Part shown: positions 11,101 to 23,768 of the stretch, in pieces
Layout of the letters: each line of letters opens with the position of its first letter
Position numbering within the stretch: position 1 is the first letter of the stretch
Origin: Acanthaster planci
Taxonomy: Eukaryota
Length of the DNA: 64,000 nt
Reading direction: 5' to 3'
NCBI RefSeq assembly: GCF_001949145.1
Contig: NW_019091357.1
Coordinates: forward strand, 1,514,746-1,578,745
Program-made: the position numbers and the translations under genes
Notes under the pieces: model-generated
Told to the model about the DNA's origin: nothing
What the model saw: the letters and a program-made list of their open reading frames with translations, nothing else
The model's database searches: none

Positions 11101-14100
11101 GTCTAGGTCTTTGTCCACTGCTGCAAGCTTTGGCTCAGGAAGCCTGTTTTGGACACAGCCTCTTCTAACTTGGAACCATAGAAACAGTTGGCAAGGATCA
11201 GGTGTGTGTTGGTGCTTCTAGTAGTCAGTATTTTGTTCCCAGAAGGTCTTAACGTGACTAACACCACGTTGAAAATGCAGAAACCATTCAAGGACACGTA
11301 CCATCTCGATCACACTGCAACCACAGGATGCAGACATCTTGGAAGCGGAGAGGACCACCCAAGGGCCCGCCTCCCTCCTCCTCCATCTGACCAGAGAGCA
11401 TCTCGCTGTGAGTTTGACCCAGCTGCTCATACACTTGAAGACTCCTGTCAGAGGATAAAACACTGTGATCAGCCTTTAAACTGTACAAAGTGGAAACAAA
11501 AACACAAAATGGAGAGACATGTTCCAGAACCAACAACTCCAAAGGACACACTGCTATGCCAAACTCTTTCCTCTTTGGCTCAATACTGGGTACATTATTT
11601 AAAATGAGCCAGTGCACTTTGATGAGTGAATAAACCTGAGTCTAACCTGATTATCTTGCGTCTGTTGTTTGGATGCAATGTTTCTGCCCTATGAGGGTCT
11701 ACCTCAGCTAGAATCTTGTAGAGATCCTCTGTTGCTGTTCCTTCTACATCAATTGTCATCAACTCTTCCTGTTCCAGAACCTCTTCATGCTGTAACCTGC
11801 AGGATCCCTTGGCCGACACTTCAGTTGTATTGTCCACGTAGAGACTTTTCTTAGGCTGACTGATCTCACTTTCTCGGCCTGTTTGATCCACTGACTGTAA
11901 ATGTGAAGTGTCCCGCTGATCACAGTGCACTTTTTCAGCTAGCCTGCCTGGTCTTTTCTCCTCTGTTAATAGCCTTCCATCAGTTTTCTCAAGCCCTATG
12001 TCTGGGATTAAATCAGGTTTACCCTCGGGAAGTCCTGATGAGCGCAAAGCTGGTCTGTTTTCTGAGGCAGGGGGTTCACTTTGAACCAAAGCCTCTGAAT
12101 CAACAAGGCTCAAAGACTTCTCTGCGTCACTGGCAATCTTGGAGGAACTGAGGGTAGGGCTTAGATTTTGCCCCTTGTTAGTAGCAAGGTCTGCGTGTGA
12201 GTGTTTTACTTTCTTCTTGATGTGTAGGTTCAGTGGATCTCCTCTTGTCTCTAGAAGCAAGTCATCAATCTTTGAGTGCTATGAAAAAGATACAACACTG
12301 ACCATCATCTGGGAAGGATACTTCTCTAATTCAAGTGAAGAGATGTAAATTGTTGACATTCATAAAATGTCTTTGAATGGGTTTAAAGCAACATTGGGGG
12401 GCACTAAATAGTTGATGGGAAAAAGACGGCAAGTTATAGAAAGTGGGTTCTTTGTAACTTTCTAGCTTGCAGTGATGTAGCTCACTAATCTAGTTTTTAT
12501 TCATGACAGGGATTGTGCCACCTTCCCTTTCTGATTTCAAAGCTTGCTTTCATTCTTTCATATTTTACCTCTGCATCCAACAACACTCTCCACAGCAGAG
12601 CCTCGATGTAATAGTTGGTTCCACCAACGATCACCGGTACTCTTCCCGCAATCAGTAGACCTTCTATGATTGGGAGAGCCTTGTTGCGGAAATCGACTAC
12701 GGTGTACCGACTCAATGGACTGAGAAAATCAATAAGGTGATGAGGGCATGCTTGCTGTTCACACGGGGTTACTTTATTGGTGATAATATCCAGGCCTTTG
12801 TAAACCTAGTAAAATTAACAACACCGTATCAATGCACCAAATACAAAGTACATAGAGCAAATTGAACAATCAGTAACAGAAATATGCAGTATGTTGCCTT
12901 CTGATCATTCCAGTCTTTTTGTGTCATCTCTACTGTTTGAGGCAATCGGTATTTCTGCACTGAACAGAGATAGAACCTGCCAGGCAGTATTAATTGCCTA
13001 CATATCAATGCAACACTGTGGATGGAATGTTTGTTATGGCTCACTAATGAGAGGAAGGGGTCCAGATCTTTGTGACTAACTTTAGCCTTAACCATTCTGA
13101 ATCCAAGAGGCATATGCATGATTTCAATGGTCCCTCAGGGTTAATGTTAATCATATCACTCACATAATTTATTCAGGTTATACAAGATGACTGCTGGGAG
13201 CTTTTACATTGAACATCTTCAAAATGGCCAACAAAAGGATTACTATTATTATTATCCATTTCACTCCACATTAAAATAAAAAGACAAGTACATAATACAA
13301 GTAATATAATTGATATGATTGATTTTCGGTCTGGGAATCATCAAGTTCTGCCGCTTTTTATCAATGGGACTGAAGTAGGGAGGACGCCCTCATTCAAATT
13401 TTGGGGTATTTTTATCTCTAACTCTTTGGGGTGGGCTGAACACGTTGATTACTGTGTAAAAAAGGCTCAGCAGCGATTGTATTTTTCCGCCGTTTGAGAA
13501 AATTTCGCAGTTTGTTGGCATTGCTGTTCTCAAGATGTTTTATCGTGCCGTCATTGAGAGTGTTCTGACACTCTCTATTACTGTTTGGTATGGAAGCACT
13601 ACTGTTGACGAGAGAAGGAAAATAGCTTGTGTTGTAAATACAGCATCACAGATCATTGGTATTGAAATGAATTCGGCTGAGGAGATTTATAAACAGTGAA
13701 CATTGGCACGTGCTCACTCCATTACTGCAGACGAGTCTCATCCGGCCACTGAGCTCTTTCAAATGATGAGGCGTAAATACAGATCAATTCAGGGAAGCAC
13801 TAACCGATTAAACCGCTCATTTTATAACACTGCAGTCAGGTAGCTAAATGGGAATTTTAAATAAATTTCAAATATATATAGTTTGTGTTTTTTTTAATCT
13901 TAACCTAACTGAATCAAGAATACATTGTGCTTTTTGTGAATATTTTAGATATATATGTATGTTAGGTTTTTACTTAGCGAGCAGTCAAGTAATTTCTATT
14001 ATTTGTACTTTTTATGAATTTCTGAATTTCTATTCTATTCTATAAACAAGGCTGTAAAAAAGGAAGTCTTAACTACATTTTAGGGCTTGTTTGACCCCGA

Positions 14101-14680
14101 AAAACCCCATGCCCTGGGTTGCCTCATAAGGAGAAAGTTGTGTATGAATACATCATTGTGAAAATGGAATGTAGGCCTACAATGTAAATTAAGGTACATG
14201 TGAATGGATGTACATGGTGGCACTGTTATGTCCCTTTTGCACTCCATCAATGCAAGGGGTGTGCACCCTGAATATCAAACAGTTACTTATTCAATGTTGG
14301 AGTATCAAACAGTTAGGCCTACTTGTTCAACAGTGAGTGTTGAATGAGCAACTAATTTCACATTGGTCATAAGCTAGAGGCTAGTATAGGCCTAGCCTAC
14401 ATGTACATCGACCATGGCATGACCACATACATGTAGCTAGCCTACCCCCAGAACTGTGGGGTACGACGTCCGACCCCATAATTCTGGGGGCAACCTTCAG
14501 ACCTGTGTAACACATGTAGGCCTACGTGGCAAAAATCACCTGCATTGAGTCAGCACTGATAATTTCTCCACCGAAGCGTTCACCGATCTGTATGGCTAAC
14601 TTTGACTTTCCCGTTCCAGTTGCCCCTAATATTACGACAACCGGTAAACGACGCAACACAGTTGACATGGGAGCAGCCAT
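8132..14680 (-). CDS. TRIT1: tRNA dimethylallyltransferase (IPP transferase, MiaA/Mod5 family), about 617 aa, 9 exons
   Basis: Exons (minus): 14680-14540, 12805-12569, 12278-11647, 11444-11302, 10949-10832, 10067-9871, 9568-9459, 9272-9149, 8283-8132, with consistent phases. Motifs: [14 protein letters not shown]-loop, [74 protein letters not shown] and a C-terminal zinc finger CDIC...HLKSKRH. Confidence 0.97.
13315..14042 (+). mobile_element. 5'-truncated, decayed LINE (Rex1/Babar-like) 3' end in TRIT1 intron 1, antisense to TRIT1
   Basis: Frameshifted translation MIDFR...[31 protein letters not shown], then [23 protein letters not shown]...ASQIIG...ADESHPA...RSFYNTAVR, typical of the post-RT C-terminus of Rex/Babar LINEs. 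In-frame stops are present. It ends in a short (TTCTA)n tail at about 14028-14042. Confidence 0.85.
14445..14490. repeat. Short inverted repeat (18-bp arms)
   Basis: CCCCCAGAACTGTGGGGT ... ACCCCATAATTCTGGGGG, with two mismatches. Confidence 0.7.
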
Positions 14681-14920
14681 CTTGTTTCTTCAAAGCCCGC
14701 CCTCCTTTGATAGAGTATAATTGCAAGTGCGCCCTCTACCATTTAGCGCCCATTCAATGGAGATCAACGGGCCCATCAAAGAGCGCCCTCTTCACATTTC
14801 CAAATTTACGTTGAAGGACGCCCTCTTGTGATAGAAAAAATCATCCATTGCACAATAATATTGAAGTGCGCCCTCTTGTGATAATGAAATCCACTCTGAA
14901 AATCGTAAAGAGTGCCCTCC
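14672..14920 (-). promoter_or_regulatory. TRIT1 promoter: YY1-like site over the ATG and clustered AGAGGGCGC-type motifs
   Basis: Minus-strand CAAGATGGC overlaps the start codon. GCGCCCTCT-type motifs lie at 14729, 14783, 14818, 14868 and 14912 (degenerate), all in one orientation. Confidence 0.5.
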
Positions 14921-16869
14921 CTGAAGTTTACTTTCACAAGTGCTTACACACATACAGTTTTCGCAGTTTTGTGAATTGTACAAGAAAAAAAAAAGAAAAA
15001 GGAAATCGGACTCTTTGCCCGATTTATTCACTAATTTTTTTTCCACAGAAACGTTTTTTTACTCCATAGATTGTTTTTTGAAGTGTGTGTGTGTTTTTCC
15101 TGAAAGAGCGTCACGTGTTCATCTAAAAAATTCTTCTCGGTCATCAAAATGGCATGTTCACTGAATGATTTGCTCGTCCCATCCACCTGAAGTTCACAAA
15201 TCGGACTCTTGAAATGTTCCGGTGCCTCACCGCGGTAGGTGACCAATCACTAATCCGTGTGAATCTGCTCAAATGGACCAGGAACAACGGCCAAGGGGCA
15301 CTCAGATATCTAGTCCACACAAAAGACTGCTTCATAGAAGTAGGGATTATAAAAAACAAAACTTTTTTTTATCACTGTTCTCGCCTAAAGCTCTCCGTCC
15401 TTGGAAGGGGAGACATCTAATAAGAAACATTTGTGTCAATGAATAAAGTGGAACTTCTTCCTTCCCTGTAGGCGCTTGTTACAAAAGAAGCCCTGCTCAT
15501 GGACGCCTAGTTACGCACCTGTTAGCAATTTTTAATTGGGCGATTGGGATAGCAGGGACGCATCTGTTTGAAACTCTAGTCATGCTCTTGTCGAACTCCG
15601 TGATTTGAGAAATTGCCACAGCTGTGTTGTAGTTGGAATGAATGAAGGTATTTTCCCGTCATGTTACATTCCCTTCTTCCTCTACTTACAATTAATTTTT
15701 CGTAGCGGGCAATAAGCAAAAGTCGGCTTTTCCCCAGATAGGAACAAAAACGAAAAACTTCCCTTCGTCTCAATGCGTTCTATGTGCTCTGAGGCAATTT
15801 AAAGTCGTTCAGAAATCATCACCATCTCTGTGTTGGATTTCATTTCTCAAACTATTCCTGTGAGCGTCAACTATGTCACACCCTCCATCGTTCCAATAAT
15901 CTTCGGAAATCGATTTTGCACTAACCTTTTGCCCACCCTTTAACATTCACTTCTACCCGTCTATCCAAAACCTCGATTCATTACCCTGCAAACTACAGAA
16001 AAGAACTCCAATAATCAGGCCACAAAAATTCTCTTCCCATCGGCCCACAAGTCTAGTCTTTTAAGTTGACCGCCCACAAAAGAACTTTATCGGCCGATAC
16101 TTGGAAAAGTGACCCAGGTGATATACATAATGTATTGAACGCCTGGTGCGACACGTCACTTGTGTGACTTGGAGATTATCGGTCTTGTCTTTTGTTAACC
16201 GGCCATCCAAACGGTCGCTGAACCAGGTACATGTGGTATGCGGTCATCTACCGGTCAGTCGATGGACAGCCGGTGCTTCAGCCTGCAGTGGAGTCAGTAG
16301 TGTTGATAGATTTCTCATCCAGTAAAATGAACCTTACCTGGACGAATCTTACCTGTTGTAGTTGTCGAGCTAAATTTTGCCATTTAGTCAATTCCAAATG
16401 GGGTGTTTTGGAAAGATGGGTAAGTGATTGTTCCATGAGACCATGAAGAGCCCATCTCCAACGAGATTCCTTGCTTCTAACATGTGGAGGGATTTTTCTC
16501 AAAGGGTTTAATTATTGATCGGTTCATGGGTCAAGTGAGACAAAAACCAATCTGTGGCCAAGAATGCCGATGCCAACTTCCGCGCCTCAGGTGTCCTTTT
16601 TTGGGGAGGGGGTGGGAGCGTGGGCTGGTCTGGTTGTAATCAGCCGTAATAAAAGGGATTTACTTATCGATAACAGCGGGCAGATAACGCTGGTAATTTA
16701 TAACAAACCTCTGTGCTTACCACGGAACATATCGAGCCGATTAAACTGACCAGGGTCGTGCACATTTGTATTTTTTCGGTTTTTCGGTTGCGGTTTTTTT
16801 CTCTGTGACCAATGATAAGCTATGCTCTGTTTATGCATGAGGGTAAAACCATAGAGGTCTCGCTATTTG

Positions 16870-17237
16870 GTGTAACCATGGAGACTTTGAAAAACATTAT
16901 AGCTTGGTCACGTGATGCAGTTGGGTCATTCTGTACATGTAGTCCAAAGGTGTGGCATTTTTGATGTCTTTATAATTATGGCTCCTCAAAAAGTGGACAT
17001 TCACTGTATTGTTTTTAGACAGGTTTTCACTCCTATGCAGAGGTAATATTATAATGGAACACTCTTTTTTTTATTAAGAGTGAGTTTCGACTTGTCATTT
17101 AGAGAGCAAGTAACTAAACCACGTTGTATTGTAACTTTTCAACAAGCTCCTCATTGATAAACCGAGTGGACCAGTGCAGCTTGCCTATTTATTGCAAAAT
17201 TTAATACCATTGGCGGCATAAAACTCCATGGTAACAC
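16870..17237. mobile_element. Possible MITE with GTGTWACCATGGAG terminal inverted repeats
   Basis: GTGTAACCATGGAG at 16870 and CTCCATGGTAACAC ending at 17237 (one mismatch). Related CCATGGAG/CTCCATGG ends recur elsewhere in the window. Confidence 0.4.
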
Positions 17238-20200
17238 GGAAAAGACGTTCTCAGATACATACAGGGGGATCCCTGAAGCCAATGCTTTGACTAGGTATCT
17301 TATTGATCTCCGAGAAAAATGTGCGCAAAAAGGCTCCAGTTGTCCAACCTAATTCGAAAGACCCCTCTGATAGCAAATGAGCTAATGATTACCCCAGGAT
17401 GGTTTTTGACGGGTGAAAGGGTAACGCTGGACCGGACAGGTATTATCTCTGTAATTAACAGTGGGCTACAAGTACAACTAAACCCAGCAGCTGAGCCGGG
17501 ATTAATTAGAGCTCCGGCTAGACTAAGTGATATCGATTCCGACTAGTGTGACCCTGTCGCCTGCAGAGGTTACCCGGGGATTACGACATACCACACCTCT
17601 CCAATACACGGTGGCATAACCCCTCAGGGGGTTGACTAACAATGTCAGTTGCCCTGCCGCATCCCTGATCTTCAGATCAAAGATTGACCGGACGCGTCAG
17701 TCAGAGACCTTTTCATCTTGGATTAAGGTGGCATTCCTGGCCGGCTTGTGTGCAAACCATCAACAGAAGGTGGACCGATCACGGAGGATTTCCCGACAAT
17801 CGCTATGGAAGAAGCCACCAACATTCACAGACTTTGAATAAAGATACTCAATGTCTTCTTATCTTCAGGTGATCGGGGGTTGACTCATTATTTGTTATGT
17901 TATTGTTCAGTTTATTGGGGTAATGTAAGAGCCCGTTCGGTAGAGAAACCATTTTGTCAAAGTTTACTCGAAGCATCCTCTTCAAAGCAAAATGAGGCAA
18001 CCTCCCACTAGGCCTGTTTCTGCCAGAGTACGATGTACTCCAAGGTAATCGCGATCGGAAAACTTCCACTAAACCTCACTCAGTTGAAAATCTTTTGGAT
18101 GATGTGCGATCACGCCCAAATTTAAACGCACAGCCTTTCTACTCATAAAACTCGTCCCAGATGCATCTTCTTAGTGAAAGCTCATCGCAACCTTTTCAAT
18201 AGCTCCCAACCATTTCCATTGTTTCCAAAATCTTGTACACTCAGTTCTTTAAATTCACGTGAAAATAACAACTTGAATTCTCCATACTAAAACCACCGTT
18301 GCTATACCTGGTGATTCGGGGCAAGCTTTTGCTTAGCTATAAGAGACGCCTTGCAACAATACACTGTTCTCAATGGATAAGAAGGGCACAAAGGAACCAG
18401 TCCATTCCAGAGGTGATGGTTGCTACGCAAAAGCTTGGCCAGAATCAGGAGGTACAGCAAAAGTGTCTTTAGTCTGGGGAATTCAAATTGTTACGTTCCT
18501 GTGCGATCAGATAACACAGTGTACCAGATTTTATTCAAATTCAACTCGAAAGTGACTTATTATTATTTGCCTTCAGAATTCTCAAGACTGGGATACGATA
18601 GTCCCATCAGTTGCCCTTATCAAGTTATCTGGTTACAGAGTTCCGCCCCATCCTCCGTCTTTGCAGCCAGTCCGTCGATGGTCGACCTATCAAACCCTTA
18701 ATTTTAACTGTTGACGGGTTCGCTAAATATTCCGCTGGTCCGGAATTTTGAATAGCGCGGATCAATCAGGAAATGTGAAAACAGTAACTCCCTCAATGGG
18801 TAAACACCTCAAAAGGAAACTGATCAGATTGGTAGGAAAAGAGTGGGAATGAATGACAATTGGATGCGTGAAGTTCACACTGGTGAGAGTATAGCATAAC
18901 GTAAGAAACCATTTCACATTGTTTTGCCATGTCTTAGCCTGCAATACTGTGGCATTGGCATTTGAGAAAAAAAGAGCAGAGAAAGCGATCCAACCACTCC
19001 AACCCATCCTAACGACCATCAGCAAAAGACGCAAGTACTTGGACTGTTGTTAAAAAAAACTAAGTGGTGCAGGAAAAAAATGTGCTCACATCAACATAAT
19101 AATTCAGCCTTATCAACGCTGCAAAAGACTGTTGCAAAAATATGTTATCCAAACATTTTTCCAGCGTAGTCGTTTTAGATAAACGTTTACACTCATCACT
19201 CTCGCAATATGTCAGCTCCTGGAACCTATTAATCAACCGTCGCCATTATCTATGACAACCCGAATGGTTCTCGGCTTATTAGCTGACCGCAACCCGCCCA
19301 CAAACATTCTGTGCATAGTCCTAATGATGTTATCACCTAATACTCGCGTTCGTCGTCGCTAACCAGTCTGGGAAACTATGTTGAAAAGTACGCAAGCATT
19401 GCTATCAACCTTTCTGGGAACAGAGACTGTGCATCATTGTCAAGGAGAAGCGCCCTCAGGGAGGGCTGAACATCACGAACTAATGAGCAAAACGAAAGGA
19501 AAAGTTTCATTAAATTGTTCAGCATAATTATCTTCACAGAGGCAACTTGTTTCCCTTAAGTTAAAACAGCTTTCTTTTGCACATAACAACAACTTCTTGT
19601 AACAGACTATGGTCAGGACCTCACGTAATTTACTCCTCACAGTGCCTTTAAAATGAAATGAGTTTCACTGATTTATAGCTGCAAGTTTGTCAGTCAATTA
19701 AGCCACGATTTGTCTCCTAGTTTCTCTTGGAAGCATTTGTAACATTTCATAGGGATTCACTGCGTGTACATGTAGGCCTATATGGCACATGAATTGTTAC
19801 GCCTATTATAAAACCTTACCCCTCGTGTTAATTTCATTAATTAATTGATTCAGGGTTCGTTGGTGGCCTTTCCGCCTGCTGTCCTACAAACCAAAATGAC
19901 TAGAATTGGACGCAGGTGTTCATTTGGCGCACGTTACAAACGAACACATGCTGCATTAAAAAAACAATGAATGGTGGAGAATTCGAAGTGTCCCTGGAAG
20001 ACCTAAATCCAAATAGAAATGTAATCACTTGTGTAAACTGGAGTTCCTTAAAAAAAAAAAAGTTGCATGGAAATTGATGTTCATCACGATAAATGGCAAG
20101 AATTGCAAATGACATTGTCAATTCTATAGAAATGTATTCAGCTTTAAATGTTATTCAGTACTTCTCAACCAAACCGGTGCCCCCCCCCAAAAAGAAATCG

Positions 20201-22171
20201 TCAGTTTTTGTTGGACAACAACAAAATAATTCATCCCTGTGTACAAAAGAGAGAACAAATAGTTTCAAAACGTATTTTTGAAGCTCCCAAAATCCACTTA
20301 TCACGTATCAGCGCAGGAGGAATAAAATGGCAAGAATATGTACCGGGTAATACTTGCATCCTCTCATCATATAACCAGTCATGCACGAAAGGCAGAGAAC
20401 AGATCACGGAATCACTGATGAATTTTACAGCTTTTTTCTAGCACCACGTCACTTCATTGCCGTCAACGCTGGTGGCAGCCTGTACGTTCCACAGCATGTT
20501 CAGCCCTGACCTGTTTCTATCATTCAATAATCATTAGCCCACATAGATTATGTTTTGTTACAAAACATACTGTAACATGCCGTTATCAACTGTAGCGGTG
20601 CTTGTTGTGAAATTGTCATTCGCACCTCCCACGTTAAGGGAAAGCCTGATGCTATCGGTCGCGTCTCAAGCAAAATAAGTAACCAAGCAAATACAATTGG
20701 CAGCTTGATTCATTCTGGGCACACATCGGGGACCGAGTCACTTGTAGACGTGTGTAGAGAGCACATACAGCCCGACTCGTCATGCAATCACCTCCTCCAG
20801 CGTTACATCAAGATGACAATATCATTCTCTTTGTCCAATCTAACCCAATCTCCTCGTCTCCCCGTACCAACCCATCCATCTGCAATGCCGGGGCTTCATC
20901 ACCACCTTCTTCTCTCGCATCGGTGGTCTCATCCGCAGACACAAAACATCCCCCCCTGGGCGTTACCGTGGTAACCTCATCCGTCTCGTGTCCTCCTTTG
21001 TCTGATGAGGTTTGTTGTGGCGAGAGTAGCGGCGGCTTGAACCGCTGCTGCACCGCCCGTCTGGCACTTAGTCAGAGACGTCAGAGCCAGCCAGCGCTGG
21101 ATCATTTTGTTTACCGAGGTGGCTGTCAGAGGCCCCGGGTAGAAGGATTATGAATAATGCATGCTCTGTCATGATTTATGCAGACACAATAGCAGAACAG
21201 GCTTGAAAATATGTGTGTTACCTCCTGATTAATTTACATAATTATCTTCTTCCTCATGAATGTTCTTTACGATAGAAAAAGGGAGATTTTAAAAAGTCTC
21301 TTAAGGCCCAAGTTATAATTGGTTTCACTGGAAAGGCAAGGAGACAACTCATTCCTGACATTCAGAACTCAAGATGAAAAGAGATACAGAATGACAAACC
21401 GAATGATTGTTCAGAAGGAGTAAGGATCGGACGACAGACTCTGAGATGGAAATATTTATATTTAAACTCCCGAGAAAAGGAAGGCCAACGGATTCCCCGA
21501 AAGTCACCGAAAGCTGAAATCTTTCATGAAGATATAAAAAGGAATATAGGAGGTACAAGCATAAAGGCACAGGGTTTCTTGAAACATTCTTCTGATCATC
21601 GGACACAGTTATTCTTTTATATTGTTCATGAATTATTCAACAGAGGTGGCAATGATAATAATGGTAGTGTCATTCCATGCGCATCATTCGTGTCCCATCT
21701 TTAGTTTTGTGGTTATTCTTCATCATCCTTTCTCACTACGATGTAAGAGAAAAAATATTCTCTGAAAATATACTCTGAAAAGACCGGAGCATCTCTCATG
21801 TCGACACACTGCCAAGCTATGCGCGGATGGCCAGGTATGTGCGTAGCGAGAATCTTGGCTCCACCCACATCTTGTGACGAGTTCCCCCTCTCTCCGGCTC
21901 CCCAAGATGACTCATTGATAAAACCGCATCAGAGTGAATCAAGACGTCTACGCGATGATGAAGTTGTTCTGATGAGGTAGCGATGAGACATCGCGAAGGT
22001 CGGGGTGGATACTAGACTTGACTCAAGTCGCTCCTAGGTCTGTGAAATAATATCCTAAATAATGAGAAAGTCCGCATTTTTCAGCAAAGAACCACCGATG
22101 GAAGGGACTAGACAGATGAAAAGTCCCCAGATTGTCTGTTTACGAACTTTATGTGTCAATGAATGTGTGAC

Positions 22172-22390
22172 TCAGGAGCGGTTTTCAACCAGAAAAGCCT
22201 TCCACAAGTTTACCTTCGAGTGAAGGGCGTGCTCTGAATTGTAGCATAGCAGTGCATCGTGTTGTCGGTTCCATAGTACAGCAATCTTATTGCAAAAATA
22301 CCTCAATGCCAGATCGTGGTGACTCAGCGATTTGATCCACTGCACCACATCAGTCCTTTCCATCCCTTGCAACAGTTTTGTACGCATCAA
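22172..22390 (-). mobile_element. Possible heavily decayed LINE (CR1/L2-like) 3' end
   Basis: RYFCNKIAVLWNRQHDALL...ALHSKV resembles the FFSNRVVxxWNxLP...FKxxL terminus of CR1/L2 ORF2. The similarity is by eye only. Confidence 0.3.
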
Positions 22391-23717
22391 TGAATCGTAG
22401 AAAAATTACAAGTCGTGCTTGATAAAAAAAAAGGAAACACGACAATCCGGACATCCTTACCGTCAGACAACACCTCACTTCTTCCTGTCATTATCTGAGA
22501 TGAGATTTGAGTTTGTCAGCCTACAACCTCAACAGACCCAAATCCATTTGCTGTGAGGACTCACCAAGCGTCATTCAATCAGCCGTCCACTTTTCTTGTT
22601 CTCCGTCAGACCGGGTCGTTGTCGTATGAGTGACTTGGATTTCTTCCCAACGCTCACTCAATGCAGAAACTGGTCTCGTAAAAAGTCATGCACAGCAATG
22701 CCAATTAGCTAAATCTGACAGGCAGTGTTTTTGCTTGTTCGTTTGTTCCCTTTATTTTCCGACAAGTCTTCTCCTCACCTCTTCGCTTAGGCCACTGAGC
22801 CTGAGCATCCACTGCTCTGGGCAAATGAAGAATGATTGCACATTTTTACATGGCAAAAGGGGTTTAAATACGGGAGACCATATGCGGCCATTCTAAACCA
22901 CTGCACAGGTTTGCCCATTTAAATCTTTGTCGCCCTGAATTGGAAGAATTCTACCCTGGTAAACCTAAGGAATCAGGGATGACGTTCTCGAGATCTTATT
23001 GTGGGATAGGTCTGTCTTCTCCCCCCCCCCAAAAAAAAATACCTCGCCAGTAAATTTCTCAAATTTCTTCTTTCGATTTCAGAAAGCGAAATCAGATATG
23101 CATGAGCAAGTACATGTTTAACGGAAAGCACAGCTTTCTGTTTATGTTTTCATGTTCGCTTCTCAATATTTGTTTCCGCAATTTGATCTTGAGAATTAGA
23201 AGTGGTAAATACACGCGTTGTTTAAACTTAAATGGGGAATAATAAGGCAACGTGGAAATACGAATTTATAAAGCTTCACTGTGTTTAGTCAATATTTTCC
23301 AGTGAGAGCTTATTTTGTAATGTAAGCACCTTTGGATGAGCGCAAACAGAAACTGAGCAGGAGAGAAGGGAGCAAGACTCAAAGGAGACAAGGCCCGCCT
23401 GGTGATGCACGGCCGAGAGAATTCCTGGGATGTGAGTCAGGTATGTAGTCTCCATGGCTACCAAGCAAACAGGCATTCCTGCTGGCTTCTCCGCGCACAG
23501 CCCGGGAAAACCATCGTCTGCGCTGACACACTTTGCGTCTAGGCGCGGACGCCGACTGGAACACTGCAACAGTTGTGGGTCGGGCTGCAACAGATCTGGC
23601 CGGTAAGGGGGGGGGGTGCGGGGAATTAGTCTTATCACTCGTGCTTGGAAGAACGTCCATCTTATTGTTTCTGGATCAGGATGTTATAGTCTGTTGTCAG
23701 TTTTTGGTACATTGTTT

Positions 23718-23768
23718 AATTTAAATAAATACACTTGTAATTAAATTTAAATAAATACACTTGTAATT
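23718..23768. repeat. Tandem duplication, about 26-bp period
   Basis: AATTTAAATAAATACACTTGTAATT occurs twice. Confidence 0.85.

Noticed and set aside
21969..22005. CTGATGA followed by a GCGATG/CATCGC hairpin, as a third hammerhead
   Set aside because: It has GAAG instead of GAAA, extra unpaired bases after the core, and no convincing stem I.
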